NCBI GenBank assembly: GCA_039588275.1
Contig: JBDHAC010000026.1
Location: forward strand, 1 to 47,095
DNA from: Gemmatimonadota bacterium
GTDB taxonomy: Bacteria > Gemmatimonadota > Gemmatimonadetes > Palauibacterales > Palauibacteraceae
Length of the DNA: 47,095 nt
Direction: 5' to 3'
Part shown: piece by piece, positions 46,201 through 47,095 of the stretch
How the letters are laid out: every line of letters begins with the position of its first letter
Numbering within the stretch: the first letter of the stretch is position 1
Notes under the pieces: generated by a model
The model's database searches: none
The model's input: the letters and a program-made list of their open reading frames with translations, nothing else
Told to the model about the DNA's origin: nothing
Made by a program: the position numbers and the translations under genes

Positions 46201-47095
46201 ATGCCCGAATTCCAGCTCGAGACTCCCGACCTCGTGATGGTCCTGTTGTACGTCCTCTTCATCGTCGGGCTGGGCTTCTACTTCGCGAAACGGACGGGAA
46301 CAACCGACGACTACTTTTTGGCCGGCCGCTCGCTGACCTGGTGGCTCATCGGGTTCTCGCTCTTCGCGTCCAACGTCTCATCCACGACCCTGGTGGGTTT
46401 GTCCTCCAGCGCCTTCGGCTCGGGCATCTCCGTGTACAACTACGAATGGATGGCGGCCTTCGTCCTGATCGTGTTTCTGGTCTTCTTCCTCCCGTTCTAC
46501 CTGAAGACCCGGGTGTACACGATGCCGGAGTTCCTGGAGCGACGCTTCGACCAGCGCTCCCGCTACTACTTCGCGGCGCTGTTGGTGTTGATGAACATCG
46601 TGATCGACACGGCTGCCGCGCTGTATGCGGGTGCCCTGGTCATCCAGATCATCTATCCAAACATCCCGCTGTGGCAGTCGGTGGTCGTGCTCGGTGTCCT
46701 CGCCGGCATCTACACGATCGCCGGTGGATTGAAGGCGGTCGTCTACACCGACGCGGTGCAGGCCGTCCTGCTGCTCCTGGTCGGCGGTGACCGCCGCCGT
46801 GCCGGCCGACGACCTGTCGATCATTCGACCGATATCCGACCCGGTTCTGCCGTGGCCGGGAGTCCTCACCGGTGTCTTCCTCCTGGGCTTTTATTTCTGG
46901 GGTACGAACCAGTTCATGGTCCAACGCACGCTCGCGGCGAAGGATCTCAATCACGGACGCTGGGGCGCGCTCTTCGCGGGCTTCCTCAAGCTCCCCATCA
47001 TCTTCATCATGGTGCTGCCAGGCATCTTCGGTCGTCTGATGTATCCCGCGGCGGAGTACCCGGCCCTGGCCGAGAATCCCGATCTCATCTTCCCG
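46201..47095 (+). pseudogene. Second SSS sugar symporter with internal deletion and frameshift at ~46775-46785 (3'-truncated by window edge)
   Basis: ATG 46201 gives DYFLAGR, FSLFASN, TMPEFLERRF and GGLKAVVYTDAVQAVLLLL. Homology then continues only in the +1 frame (SWSAVTAAV...PWPG...YFWGTNQFMVQRTLAAK...FAGFLK). Confidence 0.8.

Noticed and set aside
1..47095. tRNA, rRNA, tmRNA, RNase P or SRP RNA genes and known riboswitches
   Set aside because: I recognised no diagnostic motifs by eye in any intergenic region. An Infernal/Rfam scan is needed to exclude them formally.

Overview
High-GC bacterial DNA. The kinase style, SusC/SusD pair and lipoprotein signals suggest Gemmatimonadota, but this is inference. 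I found no rRNA, tRNA, CRISPR array or transposase. The window has three blocks. (1) 1-8.3 kb: a probable surface-glycan tailoring cluster (partial SGNH-like membrane protein, LVIVD lipoprotein, Ldh_2 dehydrogenase, PaaK/CapK-like adenylate ligase, antisense ATP-grasp ligase, sulfotransferase, SAM methyltransferase), followed by a two-repeat secreted protein and yjbQ. (2) 10-47 kb: a ~37 kb carbohydrate-utilisation locus. Its Bacteroidota-style part has SusC, SusD, two FG-GAP/ASPIC-UnbV proteins, a stand-alone plug lipoprotein, GH97, an SSS symporter, an MFS transporter and a fungal-type neutral trehalase, with a divergent ROK glucokinase. Its second part has GH13, an unclassified (alpha/alpha)6-like lipoprotein, a sugar ABC transporter whose binding protein is fused to an enzyme-like domain, GH130 and a frameshifted second SSS symporter. 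(3) 30.7-35.4 kb: an apparently inserted ECF43-type sigma factor/Ser-Thr kinase cassette with a divergent lipoprotein and repeated TGAGCC promoter-like boxes. Best novelty candidates: the enzyme-SBP fusion module with GH130 and an orphan glycosidase-like lipoprotein; the STTA-sigma/non-RD kinase cassette with a readable target promoter; paired parS-like palindromes; and a possible non-contiguous operon.
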